A DNA stretch of 62,063 bases, counting the filler, from Circinaria calcarea (lineage: Eukaryota): NCBI GenBank assembly GCA_051942165.1. It is 14 parts of 14 records of this genome, joined end to end, with 100 filler letters (N's around TTAATTAATTAA, not from the genome) between each part and the next. Parts side by side here need not be neighbours in the genome. Positions count along the whole stretch, not along the records: positions 22,276 to 26,619 come from JAVECS010002364.1; positions 26,720 to 31,056 come from JAVECS010002365.1; positions 31,157 to 35,492 come from JAVECS010002366.1; positions 35,593 to 39,927 come from JAVECS010002367.1; 10 more parts are not named here. One strand, 5' to 3'. The position numbers were made by a program, and so were the translations under genes. This document shows, piece after piece, positions 22,942 through 36,429 of the stretch. The notes beneath the pieces were generated by a model. The model did no database searches. It saw only the letters and a program-made list of their open reading frames with translations, and had not been told where the DNA came from. Positions within the stretch are counted from its first letter, which is position 1. Each line of letters begins with the position of its first letter.

Positions 22942-25583
22942 GGCGTCTTCAGAGAACGTCAAGAATATGATGCCAAAGGCAATGGGATATCGGTGCACTT
23001 TAGTATAAGCGTTCGCGTAAAGGCCGAAGTGCCAATCCTCCTAGGAAGGATTGACGCAAGAAATCTAATGCTGAAAAATAGAGAGCGCTTCATCAGACTA
23101 TCGTCACGGAACGCACACAGCCAGCTGAGGTTGTTTTTTTCTTCCCAACTCGAAACGATGGTGGACCGCACCCTAACCGCCGGCCAAACATCACCCAATC
23201 AAGGCCGCACTGCGGAATTTGGAGATTCGAGTTTTCGTAAAAGCGAAATGTGTGGAACGCAGAGGAGGCTGAGGTCTTTGAGCTCAGCGCACTCATTTGG
23301 ACAGGGTGTCAAGATATTACCACATCCGGATAGGTAGGTCACACAGTAAAGGAAAAGCTGCATCTTGGTGGCTTGAAAGACCTTGAGGAAGGCGAGGCGT
23401 GACCGGAAAAGAAATATCTGAACGATTATTATTGTACTACAAGAACAGACCCTAATCCTAGATCCAAAGGCCTATTTACCTCTCGGAGAACAACTTCTAC
23501 AGCTCTGTAAATACCATAGCGTGGCGCGGCTGTTTCATTCGCGTTTATTCCGACATAGATATTTCCCACCATCGCGGGCTAGATGCACTAATTCTACACC
23601 TTAGGGTCAGGGCTGCTCCCCGGCGGTTTGGGCGCCTACTCGTGAGTTGTTGGAGAGAGCTTCGGTTTTTGTTGGTGATCATGTGAGAAAATTTTTACTC
23701 GTTTACTTTTATGCTCTGTTATGGGGGCATAGCGAGTAGTTCGTACGTTAGGTGTCTCGGTTCGTCCGCATATCGTTCACGGCTTCCTCGTCAGCCTTGA
23801 TCGATTCGCTACTATCGTAGTCCCAATTCAAGTTACAGTAATCAGTTCCCCAGTCATCACTCCCGGTGCATACCCAGGAATGACCATAACCTCTTCCACA
23901 TGTGTCTCGAGCGTCCAAAAGACGTCTCCTTCTCTGTCGATAATAGCCTCCGGAAAGGCTCTTCTTGGAGTCCGTCAACAAGATATAAGTCGGTGCAGAG
24001 TCTTATGCAGGATCTTCATAAATTGCACCCATGTATAATACGCTGGCAGATTTTCCGCTCGTCACGGCCCAGAACAAAAGATAAGATATTCTAAGAAAAG
24101 GAGAGGACACTATGATAGGTAGATAGCAGGATCAGTGGCAAAAATACGCTCGTGGCTATTTGTTTCACTGGAGTGACAACGACACATCCGGAAGGAGCCA
24201 AGGGTAAAAATCTCCTGGCCCCGAGAATCCTTCTCGTATTCATCGAGTAAGTAGATGGAAATAACCGTTGAAAAGAATGAATGCGATCAGAGCTAGCTTA
24301 GTGGCCACGTCAGAAGGTTGCATAGGGCTGTGTCGAGCCGACACGCACTCGTGTAAGAGCAAGCCCACAAAGGCGTGAAAATCAACAACACCCTTTTGCA
24401 TTTGGTGAACTTGAATCTTCGTACAAGAAGCCATCTTGTCATGTATACTCACCAGAGTCTAAGCTCTGTTCGCCCGCTGTATATGTTACGACAGGGTTTT
24501 GAATATGGTAGTGGACACGGCAACAAGGACATCACGTACACAAGCAAACGAGGTGCACGCCACATGAAAGGTGTCACGACAGTTTAGAGGAAGATGCTGT
24601 TAAATAGATGCACTCTGTGACCAGTGTCTATTCTCCGGTACTCCCTACTTCAACAAGAATTGAATGTAACGCACCTCATAGTCGTAATTGTATTCTACAA
24701 ATTGAATTATTCGTCCTCTTCTCCAGCCCCTCGGCAAGCCGACAAGGACCAATGAAAAAGACCCTCACCTTCGAAAGGCGAGGAAAGCATCCACCAGCGG
24801 CAGTGTAAGGCCGGCAATACACAAGCACCAGAAGAGATATAGCCAACTTATTTCAGTATGGATTCTTCCTGTGAATAGGTTCCAAAGATTGGGGTAATGT
24901 ATGAACCAACAAAGAGAAATTCAAGTTAGAAGCAGGAAGATCCCAATGGCTCAAGATGTTGAAAAGGGTGTGATCGCGCCACAAAAGCGACGACGAGTAC
25001 AGGTTCCAAAATTTAGTCGATTGAGGAGCGAAACCTCTCAGATGACAGAGCAATGCAATGAACTCGAGCAAGAGGCCGGGGCCTACTTGAAAGTAGCTCA
25101 AAGGATGACATTGAGAAGGGCCCTTTGGTTTCGGCTCTCGAGATACCAGACGTGTGAAGAGAAAATAAATGAGGAGAGAGGGTGGTGTTGGTTGAACATA
25201 GAGACCTCGAGGGGGCTAGGGTAAGCGATCGCCGGGTAGGTTTGATGTGAAAAGAATATGGAATCTCTGCTGCATTCGCTTGTTAAGCTCAGGGAACTTG
25301 GAGTTGACAACATTCCGGTATAACGTTGGAGTCACGCTGAGCAATCTTGTCATAGCGATCAACAGGAAAGGCAACATCTAGTAATAAGCAAATTAGCTGT
25401 AGAGACGATGGGTTTAAAGTGCCTAATGTCATGCTGTAGATTTCGCCCTACTTATCAATTACATCGTGTCGATCTACAAGACAGCATGTAACAATATACA
25501 TGATAACTTCGATGAAAATAGCTCAAAGGAAGTCCGATTACTTATGGTTTACAGTCCTGCCAAAGCTCAAACGGCGACACCCT

Positions 25584-26607
25584 TTAGTAGTAGTAGTTCT
25601 CATCCGGTGTCCTCCCCCTCATGAATTCCGGCTCACTTCCCCTGACATAGATATCTTCAAACAGAATCTTTGAAGTGGCTTCAGGAACAGGCATCTTCTC
25701 TGCAATCGCTACCTCCTCATCGACGTGTGACCTCGCATCTTTATCCAGACCCTTTAGCTCTTCCTCAGTAACAACCTCCCAGTCCAGCAGCTTTTGCTTT
25801 AACCCAGCAATCGGATCATTTGTACTTCTCATACGCTGGATCTCCTCTCGTGTACGATATGTCGTGCCGGGATCGGACATGGAATGGCCACCGTAGCGAT
25901 AGGTGACGTACTCTAGGACAAGAGGCCCGTGGCCATCAACCGTATACTGTTTACCGTACTCGACAGCGGCTTTGACAGCGAGAATGTCCATACCATTGAC
26001 TTTGAGACCAGGGATGTATTGACCTCGTTTGTAGTATTCTGTCATGGCAGCAGCGCGGTTGGCAGCTGTACCCATTCCGTATTTATTATCTAGAGGCTAG
26101 AAATTAGCGGTTACGGCTCACGAAGGCAAATAATATGTTCGAGGATGCTTACTTTCGCAACCGAACAGAATAGGCAGGTTCCAAAGTTTGGCCATATTGA
26201 AGGCTTCAAAGACTTGTCCTTGATTACTAGCCCCGTCTCCGTATAGACAGATGGTGGTGTTTTTTTGTCCGGTGTATTGATTTGCAAATGCAATACCAGC
26301 TCCAACAGGCACTTGGGCGCCCACTATGCCATTGCCCCCGTAAAACCCTTTCGCAAACATATGCATCGATCCGCCCTTTCCATATGCAATGCCTTCTCTT
26401 CGGCCTAGTAATTCGCCAATGATTGATCTGACAGTACCTCCGCGCATCAATGCAAAACCATGGCATCTGTAGGCTGTGATGACGGCATCTTCCTTAGTTA
26501 TAGCATGCTCGATTCCCGCTGCAACGGCTTCTTGGCCGGTGGAAAGATGACAGAATCCCCGGATTTTCTTCTCTTTGTATAGCCTATCTGCTGCCATCTC
26601 CATCCGC
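25584..26607 (-). CDS. PDA1: Pyruvate dehydrogenase E1 alpha subunit (5' partial)
   Basis: [46 protein letters not shown]; intron 26090-26152. Confidence 0.98.
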
Positions 26608-26619
26608 CTGACGGTTTCT

Positions 26620-26719
26620 NNNNNNNNNNNNNNNNNNNNNNNNNNNNNNNNNNNNNNNNNNNNTTAATTAATTAANNNNNNNNNNNNNNNNNNNNNNNNN
26701 NNNNNNNNNNNNNNNNNNN
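26620..26719. other. Artificial contig linker
   Basis: 44N-TTAATTAATTAA-44N. Confidence 0.99.
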
Positions 26720-27482
26720 GGGTAGAGTACCTATCGCAACGCGAGGAACCGTGGTCGGGTTGACTCGAACTTCGAGGACAACACTTTTGGACGTGGTATT
26801 CGACGTAACATTCATGAGCGGTACTTCGTTGGGCGATAGGTGTTCTCCGTTCCGAGGATCGACTGTTCCAGTATCGTCTGTGCTCAATATAACCGATAAG
26901 CAGGTGGTCGCTGGTTCCCGCGCGGCCGAAATTCATAAACCACAACCTCCAGTACAGCCTTTGACTACAAACGGGTACGGCGCACCGCTGGGTCCCAACG
27001 GCCGCAGTCAACTGGTTCCTGCGGGCACACCTGCGCCATTGAGAGGATCCTTCCGTGGCGCTATCTCAGGTCAGGCAAATGGGTTTCGTGCCGGTGGTAT
27101 AGCTCGAGGGAGAGATGGCCTGGGCCCTGACGATGCACATAACGCCCACCAGCAATCGTTACCGATAAGGGATCAGACGACGAATAGTACCCGGGGAAGA
27201 GGTAGTCCGCAAAATGGTTTCCATGGTCGTGGAAGGGGCAACCCTACTGTCCAAGCCCCAGCACGAAACGGCTACATTTCAGTCGATCTGGGCAACCCGG
27301 ATGCAAGCATCGTGATGAACAACCCCAACTTCCGACCGCAGGTTTATACGAATGTCCCTCCTCCAGCAGGCCTTGATGCAAGAGGACGTGGTCGGGGTCG
27401 TGGTGGTAGTGCGCGAGGCGACGGCTTCAGAGGCAGAGGGTTTGTCAAGGGTCGAGGAGCAATGACCATGCAGCAGCCGTGA
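26720..27482 (+). CDS. XRN1: 5'-3' exoribonuclease 1, C-terminal SH3-like domain and RGG tail (5' partial)
   Basis: RVPIATRGTVVGLTRT...LLDVVFDVTFMSGTSLGDRCSPFRGSTVP..SVLNIT, then an RGG-rich disordered tail. Confidence 0.88.
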
Positions 27483-27923
27483 GTTTCACGGCTTAACCAT
27501 GTAGCATTTCGTGAAGAGAGATGCTACATCATTTGTATATAAGGCAAAGCGTCGGGCAGGTATCACCGTGCTTACTTGATGTATCTAGTCTGAGAGATAG
27601 GTATCATGGGCTTTAACATACGAACAAAATAACGGTGACAATGGAATAAGAATATTCTATCCGATGTTGTAATGTAGCTCATGCGTACTCTGGACGCTGT
27701 AGCTGTAGACTCTCAAAGCCCCCTAGCAAAAACAAGAGTACTGCCTCTTAATTCCCCTCGATCTCGTGCGAAAAGGTTAAAGCAAACCGGCCTCGGGAGC
27801 TTCGTACTGGAACAAAAATATCGCGCTCGAACTGGTTTCTGCACATTCTAGTCTGGCCTTGCAGGGCTACATAACCACCTAAGAGCCTCAAATTGCACAA
27901 GGAGCAGATCAACCTCACGCAAC

Positions 27924-28813
27924 ATGCATTCGACGCTGGTAAGAGCGCAGAATGTCTTTGGCTTCTTTACCAGTGTAGCCTTCACTGTAGCCGCCCTCGT
28001 CGCGCTCTCCGTCGTCATCTCACCGCAGGCTCCGGTCGCCAGCATAGATTTGCGGAATGTTCAAGTGTGAGAAGATGCCTACCACACCTTACAGCATATA
28101 GTATCCTTACCTGCTTCTGCTCCTAGGGTCAAAGGCCGTCCGCATTATTACTCTCCCAAAAAGGAGGAATACGCACACATCAGATTTGATCTCGACGCCG
28201 GTACGCCCCTTTCGCAGTCCCTCGGAGAGCTCGACTAACCAGGATTTGACTGTCCATCGCAGACTTCTCGTCCCTCTTCAATTGGAACACGAAACAGCTC
28301 TTCGTCTACGTCCTCGCCACTTACCCTTCTCTCACCCCCTCAGCCCCTCCCTCCCAGGCGATTATATGGGATCTCATCATCCCTTCCGCCAACCAGCAGA
28401 ACCCCATGAGCCCGCTTGACTTCTTCCGTCAACGCGCTAACCGTCTCCAAGTCCACCCAAAAGCCAAAACCGGCGCCGCAGCCAAAAAATCCAGACCCGC
28501 CGGATGGAGCGAAGATGACCGACCCGGGGTCATCAGCCTGAAGAACACGAAGCCAAAATATCAGATTACGGATATCAGTGGCAAATTGGCCGAGCGTGGC
28601 AATGTGACGTTGCAGGTAGGCTGGAATATCCAGCCGTGGGTGGGAGCGCTGACGTGGACGATGCCTGAGGGAACGAGGTGGGCAAGATGGCAGGGGGTAC
28701 AAGGTGGGAGAAGTAAGACCTTTGGTATGCCGGCTCTGAAGGGGAAGGCGAAAGAAACGGTGGTAGAGAGGGGGACACCGAAGCCTGCGCAGGCAACACC
28801 CGTGCTGGGTTGA
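27924..28813 (+). CDS. SPC3: Signal peptidase complex subunit SPC3 (SPC22/23)
   Basis: MHSTLVRAQNVFGFFTSVAF...; spliced KGRPHYYSPKKEEYAHIRFDLDA / DFSSLFNWNTKQLFVYV...AIIWD; KPKYQITD, GWNIQPWVGAL. Two introns. Confidence 0.93.
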
Positions 28814-29311
28814 GTGGACCTGACTTGGGATTAGGGGATCTGGTTGGCGTTCTTACAAAGCTTTTACGCGGAATCACTCTTAGGAAAAAAGACACTTGTA
28901 TAGAGGACCAAACCGAGTTTTGCTATATAATGTTGAGCGCCCTAAGGGCTTGGCTACTCCGTCACAATACCTTTGAGGCGGTTAACCATTTCGAGCGTTC
29001 GACACCAGTTCCTTGCCCAATCCTCCGCCTACCAGGCAAGAATGGGTCAACGGATTTGCTTTTACCGTGTCCTTGACAATTCTTCCTGCATTACAGTTAG
29101 GGTGGCCATTGAAACAGCCGATTGGGTTTGTCTTGCATTCTGAATGCTCTGCAATAGGTCCGTTACATTAGCTAAGTAGACTAGCTCCTTTCTGCAAAAG
29201 AACTGGGCTCTGCTAAATTAGTTGCCCACACTACGAAGGCCCTATCGGCAAGGAACTCAATCACGGTCATTAATCATAAAGCGTAACAACCCGGTGCTTC
29301 CGCTCGGATAG

Positions 29312-29995
29312 TCAAGGGCAATAAGCAGGCGGTGGGACTCGCGGTAGCTCCGGGTCCTCCAGCTCGACTAGCGTACACGTTTCGCAGAGCCTCAGCATAC
29401 ATGTCGGTTCCGTCTCGGCGGGATCAAGCATTGGCAGAGGCTTCAGGACGCCCAACCTCCGCAGCAGCATTGCAATACACCTCGCGCACAACTTGACACC
29501 ACAGGAGCACAAACTTCCGAGCTTCCGAAAGAAGATAGTGATACGCATTGACTTGCATATTCGGACCACGCAGGCGCAGAGGAAGTATATGACGCAGATG
29601 GGAATTATGAAGACGAAGAAGAGACAATCACCCAGGCCCTTGAGCAACTTTGAAGAGTTTTCATTGCCATGCAACGTGCAGGAGTGTAGTCGTCTGGCCT
29701 TGTTAGCGGTTGCCGGTTCTGTCGAGGAGGAAGAGTCATAGTGTGAGGTTTGTTCGGAAGCGACCAATATGCGAGGCGAGGTCGCTGTACACACATCCTC
29801 AGCAACGTGGCAGGGAGGACGTCCATCAGAATTGAAGGCCGGCGAAGAGAAGGTTGTGTCGGATATCACGTTTATCCAGGACTGATGACCAAACGAAAGT
29901 GGTCGGGAATGCTCCGAATACACTTGGCCTGCGTCTCCCATTGTTCTCTGATCGGCACACAGCTGGAGAGACGAAGGCAATCGATCACCGTTCAT
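29312..29995 (-). CDS. Hypothetical Cys-rich membrane protein with C-terminal PPAY motif
   Basis: 227-aa intronless ORF with hydrophobic CLFFVFIIPICVIYFLCACVV, many juxtamembrane Cys, ending PPPAYCP. Confidence 0.45.
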   Translation of the reverse strand: MNGDRLPSSLQLCADQRTMGDAGQVYSEHSRPLSFGHQSWINVISDTTFSSPAFNSDGRPPCHVAEDVCTATSPRILVASEQTSHYDSSSSTEPATANKARRLHSCTLHGNENSSKLLKGLGDCLFFVFIIPICVIYFLCACVVRICKSMRITIFFRKLGSLCSCGVKLCARCIAMLLRRLGVLKPLPMLDPAETEPTCMLRLCETCTLVELEDPELPRVPPPAYCP

Positions 29996-30940
29996 GATCC
30001 TTCATAAGATAAGCAGTAGTTATTAAATGGACGTATAAGTATCAGAGAGATCGCTTCGAATCGGACGCCCTCTCGAGCTAATAATAGATACGAGAATACG
30101 AACCGAACAGTCAGGTATCAGCTACCGGCACAACACTACCCTTCTAACCCAAGTATCCGCTCGAATGATATTGATTGCCCTCGATTCACAGCAAACAAAC
30201 TACCCTTCCATAGCGGTGATCTATATGGATACATTTATCCCTTCGCTTCAGCTTCGATTGGCCTCGCCGGCATGTAAACTTTTCTCTAGCATTCTATAGG
30301 AAACATGCATGGTCAACATCCGCGCCGGGGTGAAAAGGTGGTGATCCAGTAACAGATGCTCGGCGATGCCCCACCCAGAGCCTGGAGTGTCCACTTACTG
30401 GGTTAAAAGGAAAATGCTTATTGTTCTATTGGAATGACTGAAAAATGCATTTGGGCCATATGACCCGGGGCAAACATAGAAGAAAGCTCACTTACCTTGT
30501 CAATGGAGTCACCGCCTGCTGAGATCAGGGGAGCTGTTGAATAGTCGAAAGTGCTGATCCTTTGAGCATTTCCTGACATACCTACTATAACAGGTGTGAG
30601 CCTCAAAGCCACACTAATTCCTGGGAAAAAGGAAGACATGATATTGACGGTATCTTCCAGTTTCCATTTCAAATCTTATGGGAATTGAAAGCGTGTTTTG
30701 GATGCTTATAACATTTGTTATGTTATCCTTGATAAAACTGGATTGGATTAGATTAGAGTAGATTGAATTTTCAGACCAAACGATGACGTTGCAGATAAAC
30801 ATTCAACCTCTTCTAACATGGAGTGTTCTTAGACTCCAGATCGCGAGACTTACTCTGAGGCTTTCGTGTGATCTCTCTACGATTCCAAACAGCTGTCAAA
30901 CTAAACTGCTCTTATCCTTCCTCTCCTCCTAATACCTGCG

Positions 30941-31037
30941 ATGCCATCTCCGCCCCAACTCCCGGAACCTGCACACCCAGAGACCCAGTCCATGTTGACG
31001 CGCAAGTTTGGCAAGGAAGTTGCCAACTACTTCTCTG
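30941..31037 (+). CDS. NPY1: NADH pyrophosphatase (Nudix), first exon (3' partial)
   Basis: MPSPPQLPEPAHPETQSMLTRKFGKEVANYFS followed by a GT donor at 31038; characteristic fungal Npy1 N-terminus. Confidence 0.78.
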
Positions 31038-31056
31038 GTAGATTTTCTCGACTTCA

Positions 31057-31156
31057 NNNNNNNNNNNNNNNNNNNNNNNNNNNNNNNNNNNNNNNNNNNN
31101 TTAATTAATTAANNNNNNNNNNNNNNNNNNNNNNNNNNNNNNNNNNNNNNNNNNNN
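31057..31156. other. Artificial contig linker
   Basis: 44N-TTAATTAATTAA-44N. Confidence 0.99.
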
Positions 31157-32118
31157 ATCCCCCAGAATCTCGCTTCTTCGTAGTTGGAAAGTTTAAGGTA
31201 TGCGAGAATGATATTAGCCACGAGGCGCACGCGCAGGATAATACGAACAAGTTGAGCGTGCTGCCCTGCAAAGGGTCCGGTCGTAAGTTGGGTCTGAAAG
31301 TAAGCATCAGCCCAAATAGAGCGCCGACGGCCGCAAACGATAATGTGGATTGCAAGGAAGGATTGATCGTAGAGGCGGATGGCGGCTTGGTATTCATTCT
31401 TCTGCAAAGCGGCATTACCCTCGTCTTTTAGGCGGGTGGCATCTTCAAGGCATTGGGAAGGGGTGAGGTAGGGTTCTGCCATTTTTTCGCGCATGGTTTT
31501 TTCGAGCGAGTTGTAGTGAGGGCCTTGGACGCAGACTTCGAAGAGACTTTTCACCATGCTAAAAGGCTCGAGGAGCCGCTTTTGCAGGGCTTTAGGGATG
31601 AAATGGTCTTCGAAGGAAAGGGCGTAGGGATCTTGGAGGCGGAGAGTCAGGTGTAGATGGGCGTTGAGGCCCGGGTAGGTGAGATCGGAATAGAACCACA
31701 TCTCGCAGAAAGTGACGAGGTCATCCAGAAGGATGACGAATCGGCGGGGCTGCCGGGGGAAGCTTTGGTGATCGCGGGTGTTGATAGTGACGGCGAGGTG
31801 GTGATGTGTGAAGTGTTCTGCTCTGTCGCCGGTAATGAGGAGGGGCACGAAGCCTTCAACGGCGACATGCTGTTGAGCTTCCGGCCAAGGGGTTTCGATG
31901 GAGACGAAGATGTTGTTGCGCCGAAAGACTGTACGGGCTTCGTAGTAGATTTGGCGGTTCACGAGTAAGAGGTTTAGGTCGTACTTGTAGCTCTTGTAGC
32001 CATCCGCTTGCTGACGTCGGTTGTCAACAGAGCAGAGTACGTGATAGTAAATATATTCTCGAATCTCGCCGGGAAGGCGAAGGAAAGGAGAGGCTATTGA
32101 CGTATCTGTGGACGACAT
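31157..32118 (-). CDS. Conserved fungal protein with F-box-like N-terminus and TPR-like helices (3' partial)
   Basis: SPFLRLPGEIREYIYYHVL...LLLVNRQIYYEA; ATRLKDEGNAALQKNEYQAAIRLYDQS; LVANIILAYLKL. Confidence 0.8.
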
Positions 32119-33060
32119 GGCTTGATTGTTTTGAACGCGAGGACACTATTTTTAAGATCTGTATGAACTGCGGGGAATGATTATGGCGGTATCTAAGGGG
32201 GGAGATCAATTTGACGTCATGTGCTCATTATCTCAGTTACCCTAATCACCTAATATAGCTCTGTTCGCTAAGCCGAGGTTTGGGACTCGAAGGTCAATAA
32301 TTACAAGAAGCAGTTATAAACGGGGAAGGGTTTGTAATATTCTAATCTTGAAAAAGCAAATTTCCTGCAATAAAAGCACAGCAAATTTTCGTTTATTACT
32401 ACACCGCCCGCAAATGCAGAAAACCCGCCTCGCCTGGGACAAGAGCCTCCGTTTCACCACGAATGTCTAAGGTAGGGAATCGTCCCCAATTCTATCCCAC
32501 TTCGCATTATGCTTCGGTAGTAATTACTCTATAAAGTTACATCAAGCCCCAAGGTACAGAGAACTCCCTTGTTATTCCACGGGGGGATCCTAATATAATA
32601 TACGTGGGTAATCCCCCTAGATTTACCCCAAGCAAATACCTCGTTCAGGGTATCCTGATAGGCATTGTCCACACAGAGCCATCCAGGTCAAGAGCCCTGG
32701 AAGCATCCTCCAATACTATACCGGTAAAAGTAGAAGACAGTTCCAATCCTCCAAGAAAGCTCTTCTTATGCAGATATTGAACGCCGAGGATTTCCATTGA
32801 CAAACCCGTTACGGCACTTTAAATGATTTCTAATTTTACATCATAGTCACATGGAACAAAAAGCAAAGCAGAGGTGCTTCAATATTGCATCGATTCTAAA
32901 TACAGAACAACCAACTGCTCCCAACTCCAAATGGGTATCATATGTAGCCTCCCCTCCCTCCGTCATAACTTCGTGTTTGTGTTCAAGAAAAGACAATACA
33001 CATTAGTAGAACACATAATACCACGAAGTCATCCCTCTGCAGCCAGCGGCTCTCTCGTGC

Positions 33061-34923
33061 TCATTCGTCCGGGTTGGTCACGCGCAGGCGTCGAGAATAG
33101 TCGATGTTGTCAGTGAAGCTTAGTTGGCTGGAGTTGCTCACCGTACTGTGCTGGCCGAAGACGGACCCTGGATCGAGTCTATGGTCGATAGGCATGAAAG
33201 CGCTTGATCGGCGACTTAAAGCGGTCTGGAGGGGGTCGCTGTTGGCTCTTGTACTCATGACCATTGGAGAATGATCTGAAGCTGCAGTAGTAAATTGACG
33301 GCCACCTTCTACCTGATTAGACGATGGCTCCTGCCTTTTGACCGATCCAACGATGGAATTATACCAACTCGACGGACGCCCTGCGGGTTGATGGGAAGTG
33401 ATAGCATTGTCGACGACTTCTGTGTTTCGTCTCAAAACATGCCGCTGGAAAGAGGCTTTGCTTCGAACGAGAAAAGCCGGTGGAATCCAATGGATCTTCT
33501 TTCTCAGGAAAACAATAATCAAACCGGCCAACAAGATAAAGAACAAGGCCAAACATGAAACTAATACAACAGGTTTCCATGTGGGGCCCCAAGTACCTGA
33601 AGCGGCAGCTTGAACACTTACTACTGATGTTACTGCTGGGACAGGTATTGTTTGCGTTACCATCTGCGTCACCATAATACCACCAACAGTAATCACTGCA
33701 GCAATTGTCGTAGGAACCCAAGTGGTAACGGGGAAGTATGAGCTCGTAACAGTTGGCGAGGTTGCTAATGCGAGTAGCGTAGTAGGTGCCGGGGACGACG
33801 ATACCACAGAGGTTGCCGAAGATGACGCCACAGAGGTTGTTGAAGATGATGCCACAGATGATACGACAGTCGACAACGTGGATGGCGGGGAGAAGGAAGT
33901 GGTAGACGATGTATCAGACGGCTGTGTAGGCGAGGCGAGTAATGAAGAGGAAGTTGTTAGAAAGGTGGACGTCGATACAATTGTTGCTATCTACACCAAA
34001 GTATTAGCATTCTGGCTAAATATTGATCCCTCTATTATTCGCGTGACAACACGAAGTTCTAGTCAGTATAGGGGAGGAGGACGCGTACAAAGGAAAGACG
34101 AGTGACCAAGGAAATCACGGGTGCAGGTACCGGTGAAGCCGTAAGAGAAATAACTGCTGTCGATACCGTAGGAGAGAGCGTAGTGTAAACGAGAGATGTT
34201 TCGACCAACGAAGCTGAGGCTGTTTGCAAAACAGTCACAGAGCTCGGATTGGCAGTAACAGCCTGTAAGTCACGTATCAAAACCTTTCATGTTGAAAAAG
34301 ATCGTACTGTCAAAGGAAAAGCATGGAAAACGGTTGACAGTGTTACAAACACCGTACAAGTGAAAATCGAGACAGAAAAGCGCGTCGAGCTAAGGGACAA
34401 AGTACTGGTAACCGACAGGTTTCCAACGACAAAGGATAGACTACTAACCGACTGAGGTGTTCTAGAGACCACAGTAGAACGAGAGCCACTAATAGACAAA
34501 CCAAGAGTCCCAGATGGAGCATTATCAAGTGCAATGTACCCAAACAGTTCAGCCGAGGTGCTGCCACAATATTCGTACGGAAAGCCAGGGCACCGTTCGT
34601 TGCATGACCATAGGGACGTGACATCGCCTGGAGCATAGTTGGAGCACCAGCAGTTTTGCCCTTGGACGATTGCAAAAGCGTAATTGGCGAGACAGGTATC
34701 ATGGCACTCTCCGCCGGATTGCCAGTGATAATTGACTATAAAAGTTAGAGTGGGTTATAGCCAAAGAGATTACCTCTCACTCACCAGCAGTAAAGCCACT
34801 GCCCGTATTCTGGCTCGAACAGTGCTGTAGCGAAACTGCATCCGCTATTGTAGGGATGCTGACCAAGGCAAGCATGCAGAGGATGCCGAGCACAGATTTT
34901 CGGACCCTAAACATGGCGCTCAT
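33061..34923 (-). CDS. WSC-domain cell-wall integrity sensor (Wsc/Slg1 family)
   Basis: Signal peptide; spliced WSC domain HCSSQNTG...WQSGGECHDTCLANYAFAIVQGQNCWCSN...CNERCPGFPYEYCG; Ser/Thr stalk; single TM; conserved tail DYSRRLRVTNPDE. Three introns. Confidence 0.9.
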
Positions 34924-35492
34924 GTTGACTTGTGGAATTGGAGCTGAAAAACGTGATTGGAGGATCAAGAGGTACCACCCCAATCCGTTTGCGACGGTTA
35001 TCTGACGCCCTCCTTTGAAGAGTGTGGAAGTCGAGTAAGCACAAGATGCGCGTTGTGGTGGTGGAGTTGCTCGTTCGAAGGAAGTGGTTCTTCGCTGCGC
35101 TGAGGGGAGATCCAAAACAGACAGGGCGGTCAATGCTTTGCTTAGTCGTCGATAGGGTGAGGGCGCAAAACGACGATAGGCTATCGCAAGAATAATCACA
35201 CCAAAAGACTCATATATCAACAGGAAATCCCAATTGAATCCAGGACAGAAACACCCTCCACCGACCACCTATCCACCTGGCCCCTCTATGTCGCAGGATA
35301 TGGGAGAGGCATCCAACGCAGACTCAAATGCTTTGCAGCCCCGTCCTAACAGATAGCATCGTCGTCTGAACGAGTGGAAGACGACGTGGTGAAGAAGACG
35401 GAAGAAAATCAATGATGATGATGCTAAGATGAGGTGTGCTGGGACTGTTGTGTCTTCAAGGTTCATCTCCACGCGTTTCCTCTTTGGGACTA

Positions 35493-35592
35493 NNNNNNNN
35501 NNNNNNNNNNNNNNNNNNNNNNNNNNNNNNNNNNNNTTAATTAATTAANNNNNNNNNNNNNNNNNNNNNNNNNNNNNNNNNNNNNNNNNNNN
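35493..35592. other. Artificial contig linker
   Basis: 44N-TTAATTAATTAA-44N. Confidence 0.99.
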
Positions 35593-36429
35593 CCAGTTTA
35601 CATAGGCTCTCGTTGATACTATCTTGTAGGTTGACTTGCGTGGAACTGTGCGACTGGTAGTAGAGGAGACATTGAGCCTGTTCGAAGAGATAGATACGAG
35701 AATTCCTCGTCATTGATAGAGCCAGGTTGCTTAAAGTCATGGTCACACTCATCAGAAGTATTCGTTGGCGGCCCGATAGCGGGAATTGAAGGGCATCTTC
35801 GAACATGATGCGACTTAGCTCCGGGCGGATGGTCCTCGGCGAAGGAGGAGAGCGAGCCTTGGGAGATGATGGAGACATCTTCTCATGATAAAGCACTCGA
35901 GCTCGATACAGAATTTCCTGAGGGTGGGTCGAATGTCATGGGACGTTGTTTCAAATCGTCAGTGGTGCGCCGCCGCGTGATGGCAGTTGAGTGTGACTTC
36001 TCTCGTGGTGGTCGACGAAAAAAAGACAGCGGACGAGTAAAGGAAGCCCTTCTCCTGGAGACTGGATCTCCTCAGTATCCACGCGCTTGACAAAGAAAGT
36101 AGTTAGTTATTTAATTTACTTACCGACCGTAGCTCCCACTAACAACGGGTGTAAAGCCCACGGAATCCAAGGCTGATCACGATTTTAGGGCCCTTTATTA
36201 GGTGAGCAATACAGTGGGGAAAATCAGAAATTAACCAGCCTTTTTTGTCAAGCGCGTAGTATCCCAGTAAACCCGGCAGCCCTACAGGGCTTTGTCTCTA
36301 TCTCGTGTTTTGCAGCGCAATACTATCACATACATGCCGATAAAAGCAAACTACTTTTCTCCAAGCTCCTACCGACCAATTTCCCTGCTTGTTATATTAG
36401 GAAAAACTCTAGAGTCAGTACTTGCCGAG

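Noticed and set aside
23000..25500. Short ORFs between the hydrolase and PDA1 (e.g. 24901-25224, 23748-23981)
   Set aside because: No recognisable motifs or consistent splice structure, so a gene call cannot be supported.
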